DNA of 64,000 nucleotides from Amphiscolops sp. MND2022 (GCA_964187785.1 OZ076409.1:29452001-29516000), one strand, 5' to 3'; counted from the stretch's first letter, positions 13,301 through 27,365 are shown. The notes: generated from the letters alone by a model not told the origin. Numbers and translations: made by a program.

Positions 13301-14605
13301 GCCTCAAGTAATGCATTCCGATCGTTGCTCTTTCGAGGTTCTCCACATCCTCTGGGTCTCCTTTACTGGTAGCTGTTTCGAATTTCTGCACATCCAATCC
13401 TGAGTCTGGATTCTCTGATTTCGCTTCTCGCTGCAGACGCACCGCGTCTCTGGCAGCAATGTCAAGCTGTCGTGCCTCTATCTGCGATAGGCTCGCCTAG
13501 GCTCCGGCTGTTGCACTGGGGAAGGATTCGGGCTGGAGTTCGTTGCATCCGAATTGGCTAAGTCTCTGGCCCTTTTCTTTTGGACTAGCTGTTCGATTTT
13601 GCTTTGTTCCTTTCAATTCAATACGTCGCGGAGATCGATAGGGGCCTTGGCTGCTTGCCTTTCTGCTAGTTCTTACTTTTTCTGTTGTTCTTGGCGTTCT
13701 GGGTTGGCCTGAAAACCTATTAGGTGATGTGGGTCCTGCGACGTTGAAGGTAGCAAGGCATCGTAAGAGTCTTGAAATCCGATCATATCTGTCATGATGG
13801 GCACGTCGAGCGGGTTCCGCATCATTATGGTTCTCGGTCTTTGGCTTGTATCTTGGGTGGCATCTTCAGCGTTCTGCGCGCTCGTGTGCGCTTCTTCTAC
13901 CCCTTCCCCCCTGAAAGAAGAAGGGAGCATGAGTTTGTTGTTCCCTTCCAGGCGCCTGACACTGATTAGGGCGGATGATGGTGGGAGCGTCAATATCGGC
14001 GGAGGCATTGTTGGCAAAAGGCATGTGAATTGCTGTGTAGGCGGTGGTTGCGTTGATTGACAGTCGCGGGCGCTCTCGGGGGCAGTTATCGACGATATTG
14101 CAGGTGTTTGCGTCAGGTTCGTTTGAAGACGTCGCTGCTGCTCCATGGGAGGCCTATTAGGCTCGCCATATCTCAGGTGCGATCTGTGGTCATCAAAATG
14201 GTGGGTGGGATCGTGACCTTGCCACGCGCCATTGTGGAATTCCGTAGTTCTGCGGTAAGATCCAACTCCAATTGATATGGAGAGGGTAAAGTCCGGATGT
14301 ACTTCGAGAGATTGCATTTGAGCAATTAGTATGGCTATCCCGGTCACCAGTGATGGAGAAGGGGCCTCTTGTAGGGTCGATTGGACCAGACCAAGCTAGT
14401 CAATTCTGGTTTGAGATTCTTCGACAGGCAGCGAGGACACGGGAGTTTCTTGCGTGGCAATCGTCGGCGGTTGTGATTGGTCCATTCTGCTGGTGCTCGG
14501 TTGCGAGCTTGTTGTTGATGGAGCTGGCATGCGGGTTCTAGCCGATTGATCCATTAAAGAGATAGGTAGCACCTTGGATAAATGACTATGGTGGATATAC
14601 TGCAA
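10375..14605 (-). pseudogene. ORF3 of element 1 (SGNH-like domain protein in env position), broken into four pieces
   Basis: ORFs 14396-14605, 13673-14347, 11589-13442 and 10375-11580 are collinear with the 1257-aa ORF of element 2 (e.g. FMDST/AVDST, VSPPG/TSPPG, APNLRV/APNLRV, RYPTQPL/RYPTKPL). Confidence 0.85.
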
Positions 14606-14659
14606 ATATGATGATATACGACTGGCTGCGTCAAGTGCATGGGAATTGACAGGACTGAA

Positions 14660-14690
14660 CTAGAAAAAGGAAAACAACAGACGTCAATTT
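14660..14690 (-). promoter_or_regulatory. Candidate splice acceptor upstream of element 1 ORF3
   Basis: Minus strand TTGACGTCTGTTGTTTTCCTTTTTCTAG in the pol-ORF3 spacer (branch-like TTGAC, pyrimidine tract, AG). Confidence 0.5.
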
Positions 14691-14869
14691 GAGCTAAAAT
14701 ATTATTGCTGATGAATGCAATTGATTTGATAAACATTAAAAGACAATAAGATAAAACAGATTCGACAATTCACGTTAAAACCTAGTTCAGGGATTGACTC
14801 AAACAACACATATGCTAACAACAGGACGCGTGGCCTCCCTTATTGCCATTTTTTTTGTGCCACAGTGAT

Positions 14870-17800
14870 TCAATCAAATTTGGATTTTACATGGTTAAGG
14901 TGTGTCCTCACTAACGCAATTGATACATACACCCAATCATGGAGGACTATGTCGATATTGGAATCAATGAAATGATCTTTCAACATTGAAAACCAAGCTG
15001 GTAGCATGTTGATTGATCTTTCAGGGTCATAGATGGGAAGATGGATACGGGTGATTTGTCCTCGTGTGAGCTTCTGCACCAGGTCTATCAGGCACAGATG
15101 TTGCACATCATGTAAAATGGGGTGTTTACTAGAGGCTCTGGTGATTAGCAGGAACATTTCGTTATTCCACGGCGTTGCGGGTGATCTGGTGAGGTGAATA
15201 GCCTTTCCTACGGCTGGGCGTAGTCGGAAAATTTCTTCCTGGCCATATTCCCTGATGACGTAGCGCGCCATTGCTGAATGTGACAGAAGATCTGCCGGAC
15301 AGCATATTACTACGGTACCCCTGGCTTGCAAAATGTCAGTTTCTTCGTAATAAATCCATGATAGATAGTTCGGTTTGATCTTCGGATGCGTTGTCAATAG
15401 TTTTCCCGTGACTCTGCTTCGATTGTCTTGACTTGGTGTGAGATGATCCAGAATGGCCTTACGGTCTTGCCACACTGTTCTGCGTAAAAGTCTGTCTCCC
15501 AAGTTCGTGCAAGACCAATCGTGAACTACGGAGTGTGCTTCCAGCACGGTAACTGGGTTCTCGAATGTATACGTGTGTTTGTCTAACAGGCGTATTTTGG
15601 CTTGGCGACAAAAGGTGATAGCTAGTAGCTGTAACCAATGTTGACTAAGGAATTTCCCACGATAAATATCTGCTAGATGGAAGCATAAGGTGTCCTCAAA
15701 GTCTACAAGCGTACGCAAATTTTCCAAGCAAATCAGTAAAGTTCCTGGAGTCACTAGTGATGTTTCGTCCAAAGAGGTGACCAATAGCCACCAACCAGCC
15801 GTTGGGTGATACACATCTCCAGGAGGGGAGGTTACACCATAATGCTGCCATAGTCTTCGCGCGGTGATACAGCGGACCATTGCTATTCGGGTGTCACTTG
15901 GTTCTATTCTTCCAAACATCATCGATGGTGGGAGTGGGGGTATGATTGCGGTCAACGTGAATTCTAATCCACTCTTTTCGTGCCATGTCCATTCCTTAAA
16001 TCGGTAGGTTGGGCAGTCTGATGGAGATGTTTCTTGCATGGCTTTTAGTGTGGTTTCCAGGGGTGGGACCACGGCTGGTCCAATGCTCGAATAGGTCTTT
16101 TCCACGGTAATCACAACATGATGTACTTGTGAAACCTCTTGGTCTTTAGCTTGTATGTTTCGGATGTGTTGCATGTGGTCTTCCGTTGTTTCAGTAACAG
16201 CTGTGTCTGGGGCAGGAGCGTCTACTCCCCGGGCCAATCGCTTGTCCGGTGGTTTTCCACTAATTAGGTTGACGCAACTACAGTTACGGGAACCACATGT
16301 TCCGCAACGATATCTGGGAGTTCTATTGCGTCGCAGCAAATAGGGTGGTGCTCGTGAGGTTGTTGTTTGTTCCGCTTCTGGTTGCTCTGATGATAAACTT
16401 TCTGCAATGTTGGGTAGTGTCATTGCACGTTCCAAGGTTTGAGATTGTGCTCTGGTTCGCAATCTGCCTCTCGATCTGATGTACGGTCGGTGCGTGCTTG
16501 CTTGCAAGTGCTCTGCTTGATGAGTTGGCACTTCCCCTTCTACGATTTGGAGGTCTGCCTCTTGGCCTGCCTCTTCTACTCGCGGTTCTCCCCGATGATG
16601 GCGATGTTTCCATGCTGTGTCCGGGTTCTGGAATTTCTCTGTCAGTTCTTTCTTGGGGTTCGGGTTCCTCGATAGTTTGTAGTCCTGCCGAGCTACCAGC
16701 TCGAGAACTGAATAGAGGAAAATTGCTCAATGTGTCGGTTAAAGCTGGGTTCGAGAGCAATGGTGCTGATGTTCCTGATGGCGAGGGTATCAGACTTGGT
16801 GTTGGTTCTGGCCTGACTTCCTCTTGATCTGAATACAGTGGTTCCAAATCATCGATATCAGGGTAGATCATTGGTTGTTGTGGCTCTTCAATGGGTTGAC
16901 CCATTTGTTCTTGGTCGGATTCCGACTCAGAAGGGTATCCAAAATGACTGAATCGTCTTCGAGGGATTCCCCGTTCCAAAGCAGACTGAGTACGTGTTTG
17001 AATCGTGCTCGGGGGAACGGGCGCGGTCGGTTCCATCTCGAATGATGCCTCTGGCAGTTGTTCTGGACGAAATGAGTCACGTGATATGTCTGACGTTATT
17101 TCCTCGTTACTTTCCTCCACGTATGGGTCTGCGATGATGGCAACATTCTGGTCTAACCCAAAGGGTTGATATGCCGCCCAATCCCACGGCGCAGGCACAT
17201 GCTTCTTCAGGCGTTCGAAGTGAACCTTTTGTCCTGTATCCAAAACGTATAATCTTCCATCTTGTAACACATCTGTGACCTTGTGAGGTCCACGCCAGGC
17301 ACGAAGAAGTTTGCGGGTGCCACCTTTAGGAATTATGTGGCAGAAAACCCAAACAGCATCACCCACCGCGTGAGCTTTTGCTTTCAAATGCTTGTCGCAC
17401 TTCTGTTTTTGTCGTATTTGCGCCTGGTGTGTGTTTCGGCGAACAAGTTCGTGGATTTCTTGTTGTCGAGCAAGTAGGTGCTCCACAAATTCTTCTTTGG
17501 ACTCAAACTCTCGCGCTGCGAATTCTGGGTATATAAACGAGAGTGGAATGGATTTTCCTGCGCCATGTTGGAGCATATACGGGGAAAATCCGGTCGTTGC
17601 ATGTCTGGTTGAATTATAGGCACCCAAGACTCCGTCTATGTGTTCATCCCAGTCAAGCATTCTTCGAGATGTATAGACTCGGAGCAAGCTTAGTAATGTT
17701 CGGTTTTGACGTTCCACTAAACCATTGCCTCTCGGATGAGCTGGAGTAGACGTTATTTTGGTTACTTGCGAAGCTTTCATCAGTTCTTGAGCAATCTCAG

Positions 17801-20800
17801 CAGTAAAGTTGGTGGCATTGCATCCTGACAGGAGTACCGTGTCTTGCAAACCATTTGTTCAGGATAATCTTTGCAGTCGTCTGGGCGTCATATTCGTCGT
17901 GTGCACATGGGATTGCCTCTGCAAATTTAGTGAAATGGTCGATAATGACTAGCAATCCATTATTTCCTGACGTTGTTTTGCACAACTTCAAATGGTCGAA
18001 CTGCACCAGGTCATTAAAATTGCTGCTGTTGATACTTTGTAACGGATAACAGGGATTCCCAGCGGGATGTTTCGTCTGTTGGCATGTTAAGCAGTGCTTA
18101 ATATGATTGACAACATCACGCTTGATGCCTGGACAAGTGTGGCGCTCCTGGATTCTTGCCAACACTTTACCAACGCCTTGGTGTCCTGACTCGTCATGCG
18201 CTCTGTACAAGATTTCGTGTTGGTATAGCTGGGGCATGACGATCATACACGGTCGTATGTGCTTCGCGCGTTGATGCGGAATGTAGTTGACACACAAGAT
18301 ATCATTCTGGTTCAGGAACAGTAAGTCTTTCTTCTGGTGAAAGTACCGTTTGGCAAAGTCCTGCACATCTTCGGGGAACAACGTATCCTCTAATGGCTCG
18401 TTCTTCATGAGTTTCTTCAGCGCTAGCAGATGTACATCTCTGTTTTGAGCTAGATGAAGATCTTTCAACCCGCGCATTGTTGACTGATGCTCGTGAAGCT
18501 CAGTCCCGACTAGCCTGAGGACGTCAGCTTGTTCCTGACACTGCGTAGGCAATCTACGCAGTGCTGGGTCACGTTGGGTGGTAACCAGACGTGCCGCCGG
18601 AACTTTGGTTGTTACGCAAAGGATAAAATTCGGTCTGTCGTCTTCGGTCGAAGTCGGAGTTGTTTCCCATTGCACCTGTGGGTACCATGGTATGGAACTC
18701 AGGGACGGGTCTGAGGTTAGATCTTCTTTTGGTGGCTTTTTCAAAATGTACAGCACTGGAAGTTGTGCTCGAACTTCCTTTGGAAGCTCTGGATGGTTTG
18801 GGATAAATTTTCCATGTTTGTCGATATAGGGCACAGTGGGGAGTTCTTCGTAGTCTTTCTGGGGCATGAAGCTGAATCCCTTGCTCACTTCTTGTAGAGT
18901 TTCCACAATCTTCTCCCGATGTACGTAGTACAATCTTCTCCCGAATGATATTGGTCGAGGCGGGCAATCCAGCGTCCAATCATGGCTTGATCCATTGAAT
19001 ATGCCTTCAGCCACGAGAGAGCCTGGTTGTCCACGCGCAGCGTGAATTCCCGACCTGCAAGGTAGAAAAGAAATTTCTCGATGAAATAGAATACTGCATA
19101 CATTTCCAGCTTCGGGGCGCCATAATTCATTTGTGTTTTAGTCAGTGACTTGCTGCCATAAACAATAAGACGAAGAATGGTTTTCCCATTGTATTGTTGC
19201 TCTTGGTGCAGTATGCCGGCTATAGCAACTGCACTGGCACCCGTGTCGAGAACGAAACGTCCTTCTTCGTTAGGCGCTGCCAAAGCTGTGGCATCGACCA
19301 ATGCCTGCTTTACTGCATCGAACGCTTCTTGGTGTCTTTCTTTCCAGTAGAAGTGTTGGTTCTTCCTTAACAACTCCTGCATAGGTTGCACCTTAGCAGC
19401 ATGAAAAGGAATGAAATCTCGGTAGTAGTTCGCAAATCCAAGGAAGCTCTGTAATTCTTCTCTGTTTCTGGGGGGCATCCATTCCTGGATTTTGCTAACC
19501 GCAGCTGGGTCAGGCTTTATGCCTTCGGCCGAGACTACTCTTCCGAGGTACTTGGTTTCAGTGCGCATGAAGTCACATTTCTCTGCTCGCATCTTGAAAC
19601 CTGCCTCTCTGAGACACTCGAACACTTCTCTGATTCTTTCCAAGTGGTCTTCAATGGTTTCTGTCGCAATCACTTTGTCATCTATGTATGCCATGACAAC
19701 GCTTCCATGTCGTTGTTGGATCTTCTGTAGAGCTCTCGTGATCGATCGCTGAAAGGTGGCCGATGCGTTGCATAGTCCGAAGGGCAAGCGCCGCCATTCA
19801 AACAGGCCAAGTTCACACGCGAACGCAGTTTTTCTGCGATCACGCTTCTTCACTGGAATTTGCCAAAAGGCCCACGCCAAATCGATGCTCGTGAAGATCT
19901 TTGCATTCCCAATCCTCGAGAGGCTTTCATCGATTCTGGGTAGTGGAAATGCGTCCTTCACTGTTACATCATTTAGCGGGCGGAAGTCACAGCAAAAGCG
20001 AAGCTCGCCTGATTTCTTTTCCACCATGACTATGCCACTGGCCCACGGAGAGTAGGAGGGTTGTATCAGACCAAGGGCCAGCAAATTTTGCACTTCCTGA
20101 TTGGCTTTCGCCGCCTTATCAGGGGACATTCGCCTAGCTCCTTCTCGGTGTGGTATAGCCTCCGGCTCTAGCTCTATCTTGTGCTTTGCAATCTTACACC
20201 TACCTATGTCAGACTTATTTTTCATGAATAGGTCTTCATACTCATTTAAAATAGTTTCTAACTTGTTTCTTGCCTCTTCCCCCCATGAAGAAAGGACGGA
20301 AGAGAGGTCAGGGCCTGGGATTGCTTTTAGCAGCTGTGGATCTGTCCTTTTGCGCTTTTCATTATCTGATAAACCTGCCTCAGAGGTTCGGTCGAAGATA
20401 AAAAATTTTGGGCAAAGGAACTGAATTCTGAACTGGTGTCCATATCAAAGTTTCTATGTACTTGATTTACATATTCGGCAGAAAGCTTCGAAGCTTCACC
20501 TTCAGTTTGCATAAGAACAGAGTTCAATACAAAAGTGGTAAGCGCCGCTTTGCCAATAACAGTTTGTGCTTTGATTTTCACCCGTTCTTTATCAGTTTGG
20601 TTTCGGATGGCTAAAAATACTATACCTCCTTCTCCCACAGAAGTCAGTGTATCTTCTGAAACAAAGACTGAACTGGACTTTATGCTACATGACTGGACCG
20701 TTACATTACGAAACAGGAAAATGTCAGGTTGTTGCGTGATGATTTTCGCGCGCACAATCTTCCTTTCGAATGGACCTAGTATTACGTCTTCAGTAGAAAC

Positions 20801-21780
20801 TACAAACGATGGTTCGTGGTCGCTTGCCTCATGAGTGGCTTTAAAGATTCGAGGTGTTTTGGGATTGCGGATAGTCACTTTCATTGCTGTCAGGTCCACC
20901 AACACGTTGTATGTGCGCAAGAATATGCGACCCAGGAGGAAATCCTCTGACCCAATATGATCGGCTATGACTACAAAGTTGGTCTTCAGTGTGTATCCGC
21001 CGAGCTGAAAGCTTACATCTTCGGCTATACCCACGGTGGTGATGCTTTTACCATTGGCAGCGAAGAGTTCAACGTCATATGGTGATAGGCTCAGCGTATG
21101 CTGGGAAGCAATCTTCTTGTACGCACTCAATGAAAGGATGGAAACTCCTGAACCGGTGTCAATCATGCCGAAAGGTGGTATCGGCTTTTGCAGAGGAGTT
21201 CCGAATGCTACTACTAGCGAGGCTCGCTCATCAATCTGGGCCTCCTCTCCTTGTGCATCTTGCACTCCAATGCTATAAAAACGCAGTTCTTGCCTGCCCA
21301 GATATAGGCCTTGCGGAAAGTGTCCTTCCAGGACAACAATCGCATCAAACCTCATGTCCACACCATCAACCGTGATCGCTACGTGGACTGGCGCGATTGT
21401 CTTCACTCTCTGTATCTGGGCCAGCTTGGTCTCATCATTCCTGGTAAAGTGGGGTAGTGGTCGCGAAGCTATCGTCAAACTGGTATTGCGTCACAGTTCT
21501 TCTTTCAATTGTGCTAATGTGAGATTTGGACGCGCCTTTTGTTCCGCGGATAACAACAGATGGATGGATATTAGTGTTTCAGTACAGTCAGGAGCTGGTG
21601 CCTCAAGTGTCGTCAAGATTTGTTTCTCACCACAAGTTACAACCGCAGGGCGTGATGGGCCTCCGTCTTCTGAAGTCGAGATCACCCTTATTTGATCCTC
21701 TGAATCGCAAAAGTCTGTTGAGTTTGCGACCGGGGCGTACCACGCCGCTTTTACTTGTTCTTCCGTTGCAACATTGTGAG
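14870..21780 (-). pseudogene. pol: pol of element 1: pseudo-protease, protease, RT, RNase H, integrase, AT-hook/Cys motif, tandem macro-like domains (several frameshifts/stops)
   Basis: MIDTGSGVSIL (PR); RFCCDFRPLN, PFGLCNASATFQ, YIDD (RT); FTLRVDNQAL (RH); H-x4-H...CLTC and HPRGNGLVER (IN); ORF pieces 20327-21478, 18885-20225, 17797-19014, 16323-17849, 14870-16531. Confidence 0.93.
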
Positions 21781-24280
21781 GCGTCATACAATCAGATGCC
21801 ACGTGGCCTACATGACCACAATTAACACAAAATGCTGATGTTCCTTGTTCTGGTAGGGTTGCGGGCATTCTGGTCTCCAGCTGTATTCGTGCGACACGAA
21901 TTAACTATTTGCTGTACTGGTTTCCGTGCTCGGTCTTTCAAAGGACAATCAGCTGCAAAGTGTGAAGGATCTCCACAGTTGAAACATGTTCGCTGCGGTT
22001 GTTGTCGGAAAGCTGGAGGCTGTTGTGGGAGTTGCTGGGCGTTGGGCACTTGAGGGGCTTGTGCCTGTGCTTGGTTTTGCGGGTTCGCTGCGACAGGCGG
22101 CTGTTGTTGTTGTTGTGGTGCAGGATAATTTTACGAACGTGTCGAACCACGCATACGCAGGTATTGTTGTACCGTGAATCGTAAGGCCTCCACAGTTGGG
22201 GGTGTGTCTACATACTGTTCCTGTGCATACATGAGTGCAAGGTTTCGTTTCAACTCATAGCTTCGTACCCCTTCGATGAACTTCTGCATAATTTCATGGC
22301 GCCTCACCGCAACTTCCTCGTTGGGAAAACCTTGGCTGCGCAAACCTTCCAATGCATCAAGGTATTGCATGTAGTCTTCATCCGGGGACTGATTACGTGT
22401 ACGGAACTGTTGTTGTATTTGGATCTTATTAGATCCTGTTCCAAATCTTCGTGCTAGCAGCGCGAAGACTTTTTCATCAGTATCGCGTTCCTCATCAGCA
22501 TTAGCCAGCCATCCACTATTCCATCGCGTGTGCCACGATACTTGGTAGGTTTGTTCTTGAATTCTTTGGCTGCTAATAATGGCTCCAGACCTTTGGACAT
22601 CGCGGTGGTTATTGCTTCCGCCAACGCTTGGCTGTGTATAGCGTTCGGAGCATTGTCCTTGTCCTTGACAGCTCCTTCCGTTCCAGTGTTCAGGTTCCTT
22701 CTCGAGATTGTCTTCTTTTGCGTGCTAGAGGCCAATGGCCGTAATTGGTCGTTACTATGGGGCAACATTGAGCGTTTTGTGCCAAGCATTGACGAAACAG
22801 CAATTTGATATTCGGTACTTCCTGATGCTGTTTTCATGTTACTATGCATTTGGTCGCTGGCCGCTGAGTGATAATCTCCAGTCGTTGAGGCACCTCTAGC
22901 ATATGGGTCGAATGAAGGAGGGCCTGATATGTCACAGCGCTGTACTTCAGTTTGACTGGTTGTTGACAATTGGGTTTTCATCGGCACCTGCTTGTACGTT
23001 GCGGGTGGTTGTAACTTTGGCTGTTTTGTCTGATCCGGTTTCGTCACACATTGGCGTTTGGCAACTTCTCGATAGGAGGGGTGCTGAATAGGAAACGCAC
23101 TCGTAGATGGTACGTCTGCAGGGTGTAGTGCCACCGGCACGGGTGAGGGACGGTTTGGTATCGTCGCCACTACGGTCTTCACCCCTAGGGTTAAATCCTG
23201 GACCGTAGTCATGAGGTCCACCATGCGTTTGTCGACATCTAAATCTCTGTGGTGCATCAATTCGGACATGTGTTTTAGGCGCTCATCCGCTTGCTGATCT
23301 CTTTGCACCATTATTGCCGTCATCTCCGATATACGTTTTTCCATCAGGTCCTTGACTGATGCCACGGACGTTTCTATCTTGCCCTGGTTGACTCGTCTTT
23401 CCATCTTGATCTCACTCACCTCCTTTCGTAACTCTTCTACTTCCATCACCAGAACTTCTGCCCGACGGACATGGTCAGTGTTTTCCTGGGCCAACTTTAC
23501 TTGGACTCGTTTCAATTGTTCCATACTACGTCCAAAATCTTCTCGTATGGCTTCAGTTTCTTTGATACCTCTGGCGATCGTCGAATTTGGGGATGCTGCA
23601 CTACCGGCATTGGAGTGTTGGGGCGTTGCCGTGCGTTCCAGTCGAAAGGTGCTGGGACCCAGCAATGGTGGTGTAGTGGAGGCATAGTTCTGGAGAGTCA
23701 CTCCTTTTCTGGTCTTCCGCTTTCCCGGCTGACTTTCCGAAGGAGCTATCGCAGTGTCACCCATTGTATTTCTACTACTATCAAACACTGGTACTCCGGA
23801 ACCCAGCGGGTCCGCACTCGTACCCAAGTGTGAGGTGATTTCTCCCAATGTCATGCCCACATTCATATTCTCAACCCACTTACTGATATCCGAGCTAGTA
23901 GCTACTTCTCTATTCGAGTTCGGACAGTCCCCGGTAACAATCACGGAAGTGTTCAGAGGAGGCCATACGTTGGTATGGTTCATGGGAGTCTCATTAGCAA
24001 GTTCGGTGCTATCAAAGGACATCTTTGAGGAATTTGCTTGGCCTGTATGCACAATTTGCGAATTTTGCTCAATGTTAGACACGTTATCTGACATTACGTC
24101 GTCTAAAAACAGGTCGGCGATCATATCCAGCGGTGCTATTTCAGCTTGTGTACTCAGGGTATGCAACTCTTCTATGTTGTTCGCGAACGGGTTGGTAGCA
24201 TGAAATTCAATAGATTCCAATGATGTCTCATTCACGAATAACAAATATTCCCACTCACTCAAACTCATTTTTACTTGCAC
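21780..24280 (-). pseudogene. gag: gag region of element 1 (disrupted)
   Basis: Coiled-coil region, KPTKYRGTRDGIVDGWL capsid-like block, MQYLDALEGLRSQGFP shared with element 2, zinc knuckles CFNCGDPSHFAADC and CVNCGHVGHVASDC; deletion near 22490, in-frame stop at 22131-22133. Confidence 0.88.
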
Positions 24281-27200
24281 TGTTTTTGCAGCTCAACTAA
24301 ATTAGATTTTCTTTCGTCTTTCACTCACTCCTTCTCTTCAACAAATTGAATTAAAGGCAACTCAAAATGGAAGTTTTAATATCCCTTTCTCAGATATTCT
24401 AACTAAACTGTCGTACTATTAAGTTCTGGAGTTTGTAGCTCGTGATCGCCCTCTTGATTCTATTTCGAGATCAACTGACTGTCATAAACTTCACACTCCA
24501 AATTACATGCACTAACTCAAGATTACATGCACTGGTGCTGACACCACTAATCAGAACAGAAAGGTTTGTTTCCCCACTAACTGGAGATTCAAAGTTAAGC
24601 TTTTTAAGTTTTTTTTTATTATTTACAGTTACTCACACTAAACTACGCTTTATCCAGCCACAGGCTATGTAGTCGGGATAACTAAAGGTTTTGGCGCGCT
24701 ATCAGAACTTTGCAGAGATTTATTCAAGAAATCACCGCGCTTTTCTTCTGGGAGCGTACACTATGTCACTCGTACTGACTTTTAATAGGAGAGCACCTGT
24801 GGTATTGCTACAACAAGGGGTGTTGGGAACTAGACCTTGGGGGTGAGTAGGTGTTAGGACACTTTCAAACAAGAGAGTTATCGTAATCTGATCGTAGCAC
24901 GATCAATGGAAACACAGTTCTTTACAATTTCAAATGCTACTATACTCAATTTTCTGTCTCGAGACGCACCGCGTCCACTATCCACGTCTCCTAGAGAACT
25001 CCTTATTGCGTTCTAGCTCTCTCGCGTCATTTCTCAGTCGAGGCAAACGTGAATGCACCTATCAGTTCGCACTTAGGTGACCCTGGTGGCCGTTGGGAGA
25101 GAAAATACAATTTTTGTGTTTTGCACTCCTATGTCTCGTAGACAGCTTTTTGACAAACCCAAGATTTTAGGGTTGAGCTAGCTCCATTCTGATTACTTCA
25201 ATGGGACGTGCTATGGATGCCTGGTGTAGAACTAGGGTCGTTTAAACCTTCACTCGCAACTACACCTACGAAAAGTGTATAATTTTTCGCAAAATTTCTC
25301 AAAATCGGCAATTCTTTCGCCAAAGTGCACGCCTGGGGAAGGTGAATATCACTTCTAGAGCTACTAGCGACCCGAAAAATTAACACGGTATACTACTGTG
25401 ACCAAATCGTGGGAAAATCACCGCCGATTGCGCCAAAATTGATTATACGTGACTTGGGGTTGCTTCAGAATGTTGTTTGAAGAATCGACTATGTTGTGAA
25501 ATTTACAAAAGTCTGTCAAACTCGCCTTCTAGGCTTCCTAGCTACCTGAAATTTTGTATGCGAGCGTGAATTATGTCCACGTAACAGAAAAACAAAATAG
25601 CGGGATGCCCAAGTCAATATTCCGCAATCCGAGTTGACAAAACTATGATGTACCCTATTAGTCACTTCCTGGGGCCTAAATTCACAAAAATGTCAATTTC
25701 TCCAAATTGGACAGTAGCAAGCTGCTCAAAATGCACAAATCGTCGGGATCTAGTGCTGTGTGTACGAAAATGCAAGAATTTTAGTGCTGGGATACTCCGA
25801 AGGTATTACACTATGCTCAACTAAAATTCGATTTTTTTTGACAGTTTCGTACAATTTTTGAGCAAAACTGCGGCTAAGATTTCTCGATCACTAGTAATGG
25901 TAGCGCTACAAAAAATACACCACTAACGTAACTTTTTGCGGTCTACACGATGGTGCAAACTGTTTTGGGCTACTCCTGCTAGGAGAGATTTCGACCTGTC
26001 TCAGGAACACTACTTCAGTGTACCGATATTATCACTGAAATAACACGTTTTTGGTTATTTCTCGGCAACCACTGGTTGGAATCACACACGGTTTTCTGCG
26101 TTTGCAACGTTATACTCTATACTAACAGAAAATAGGCAAGCGAAACCTGGCAGGTTCCAAATAAGGTCTCTCAAATTAAAGTTCAAGTTACCCCTTTCAC
26201 ACTCTGGGAACAATGTGAAAAATACGTATTTTCCCTAGGAACTTTTTATTTCTCGGTTCCCAGATGTTCGGGATGGTTCTAACAGTACAGTAGGAAGGTG
26301 TGACAACTCTATTTAGGGGAGTGGGGTTATTTCAATTATTACTTTTGATGTTATTACTCTCAGGTCTATGGGGTCCTCTACTCAGGTCTATGTGTATCAA
26401 AGAAAATCAGAAGTTAAAGTGTCAATTTATATTGGGGAATGCTAAAAATCGTCTTGGCAGTAGTGTTTCGTATTACCAAGCTCGGGAACAACGTTTTTGG
26501 GCTGATCTTAAAGCTTGGGAACAAGTGCCCAAGGCTTCGCCCTCACCAATTTTGATCTTTTTAGGCCAAAATTGATGTTTTCTCTATAAAAATCGCTAAT
26601 TTTCTCAATGTTTCAACAATTTAGCCCAGCAAATTTTTCTGTTCCTGACCTAGCATGTCTGATGGAACGTTTTTTTGTATTCCCACTGGATACTTTTCCA
26701 CTAGATTTGAACTTTCAACACCTCAAAAATCGATATTTGAGCTATATATGGTGTTGTTTTCAAGGTTTTCGGGCTCAAATTTTTAATCAACTGGTCCAAA
26801 CACCCACAGGGTATTTTCCCCAGTTAATTTTAGTGGGAACAGGCCTGGGAATATGCTTTTTGGGCCGAATATTAGCAAGAATTAGCAATATAACACGATT
26901 AACGTGGGTATACGGCAACTACAGGGGTACTGGAGGTGTGATGTCGGAGGTGCTCACTCGTCAGCTATGTCGTCAGCTCAATGTCGTCAGCTAATTGGGG
27001 CCTTCAGCACTCGTCCTTCCTGTCCCCATACATTGCTAATTTACTGAAACGGAGCTACAAAACCCTTTAAAACCAGTTCCGGATAGGCCGGATTAACATT
27101 TTCAACAGGTGTTATCAAAATACAAGGGGTACACTGTCTGAAATCGTCGATTTTCGGTTTCAGACCTCGGAAATACACAGGACACGCAGGAAAAACACTA

Positions 27201-27331
27201 GTACAAAGCCCACAGGGCTAGAATAAGGCAATAAAAACAATCTAGGACTCTCCAACAAGTTTTCCTAGGTCCAGACCTAGCAGGGCCGGAAAGCAGGAAA
27301 AACTCCAATTATGGCGAAAAGATGGAAAAAT

Positions 27332-27349
27332 GTCCCTTGTGGGGCGCCG
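27332..27349 (-). other. Candidate primer-binding site (tRNA-Lys-like), displaced 16 nt from the 5' LTR
   Basis: Minus strand CGGCGCCCCACAAGGGAC matches the retroviral tRNA-Lys3 PBS TGGCGCCCGAACAGGGAC at 14/18 positions; atypical spacing. Confidence 0.35.
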
Positions 27350-27365
27350 TAAAAACTACTCTAGA

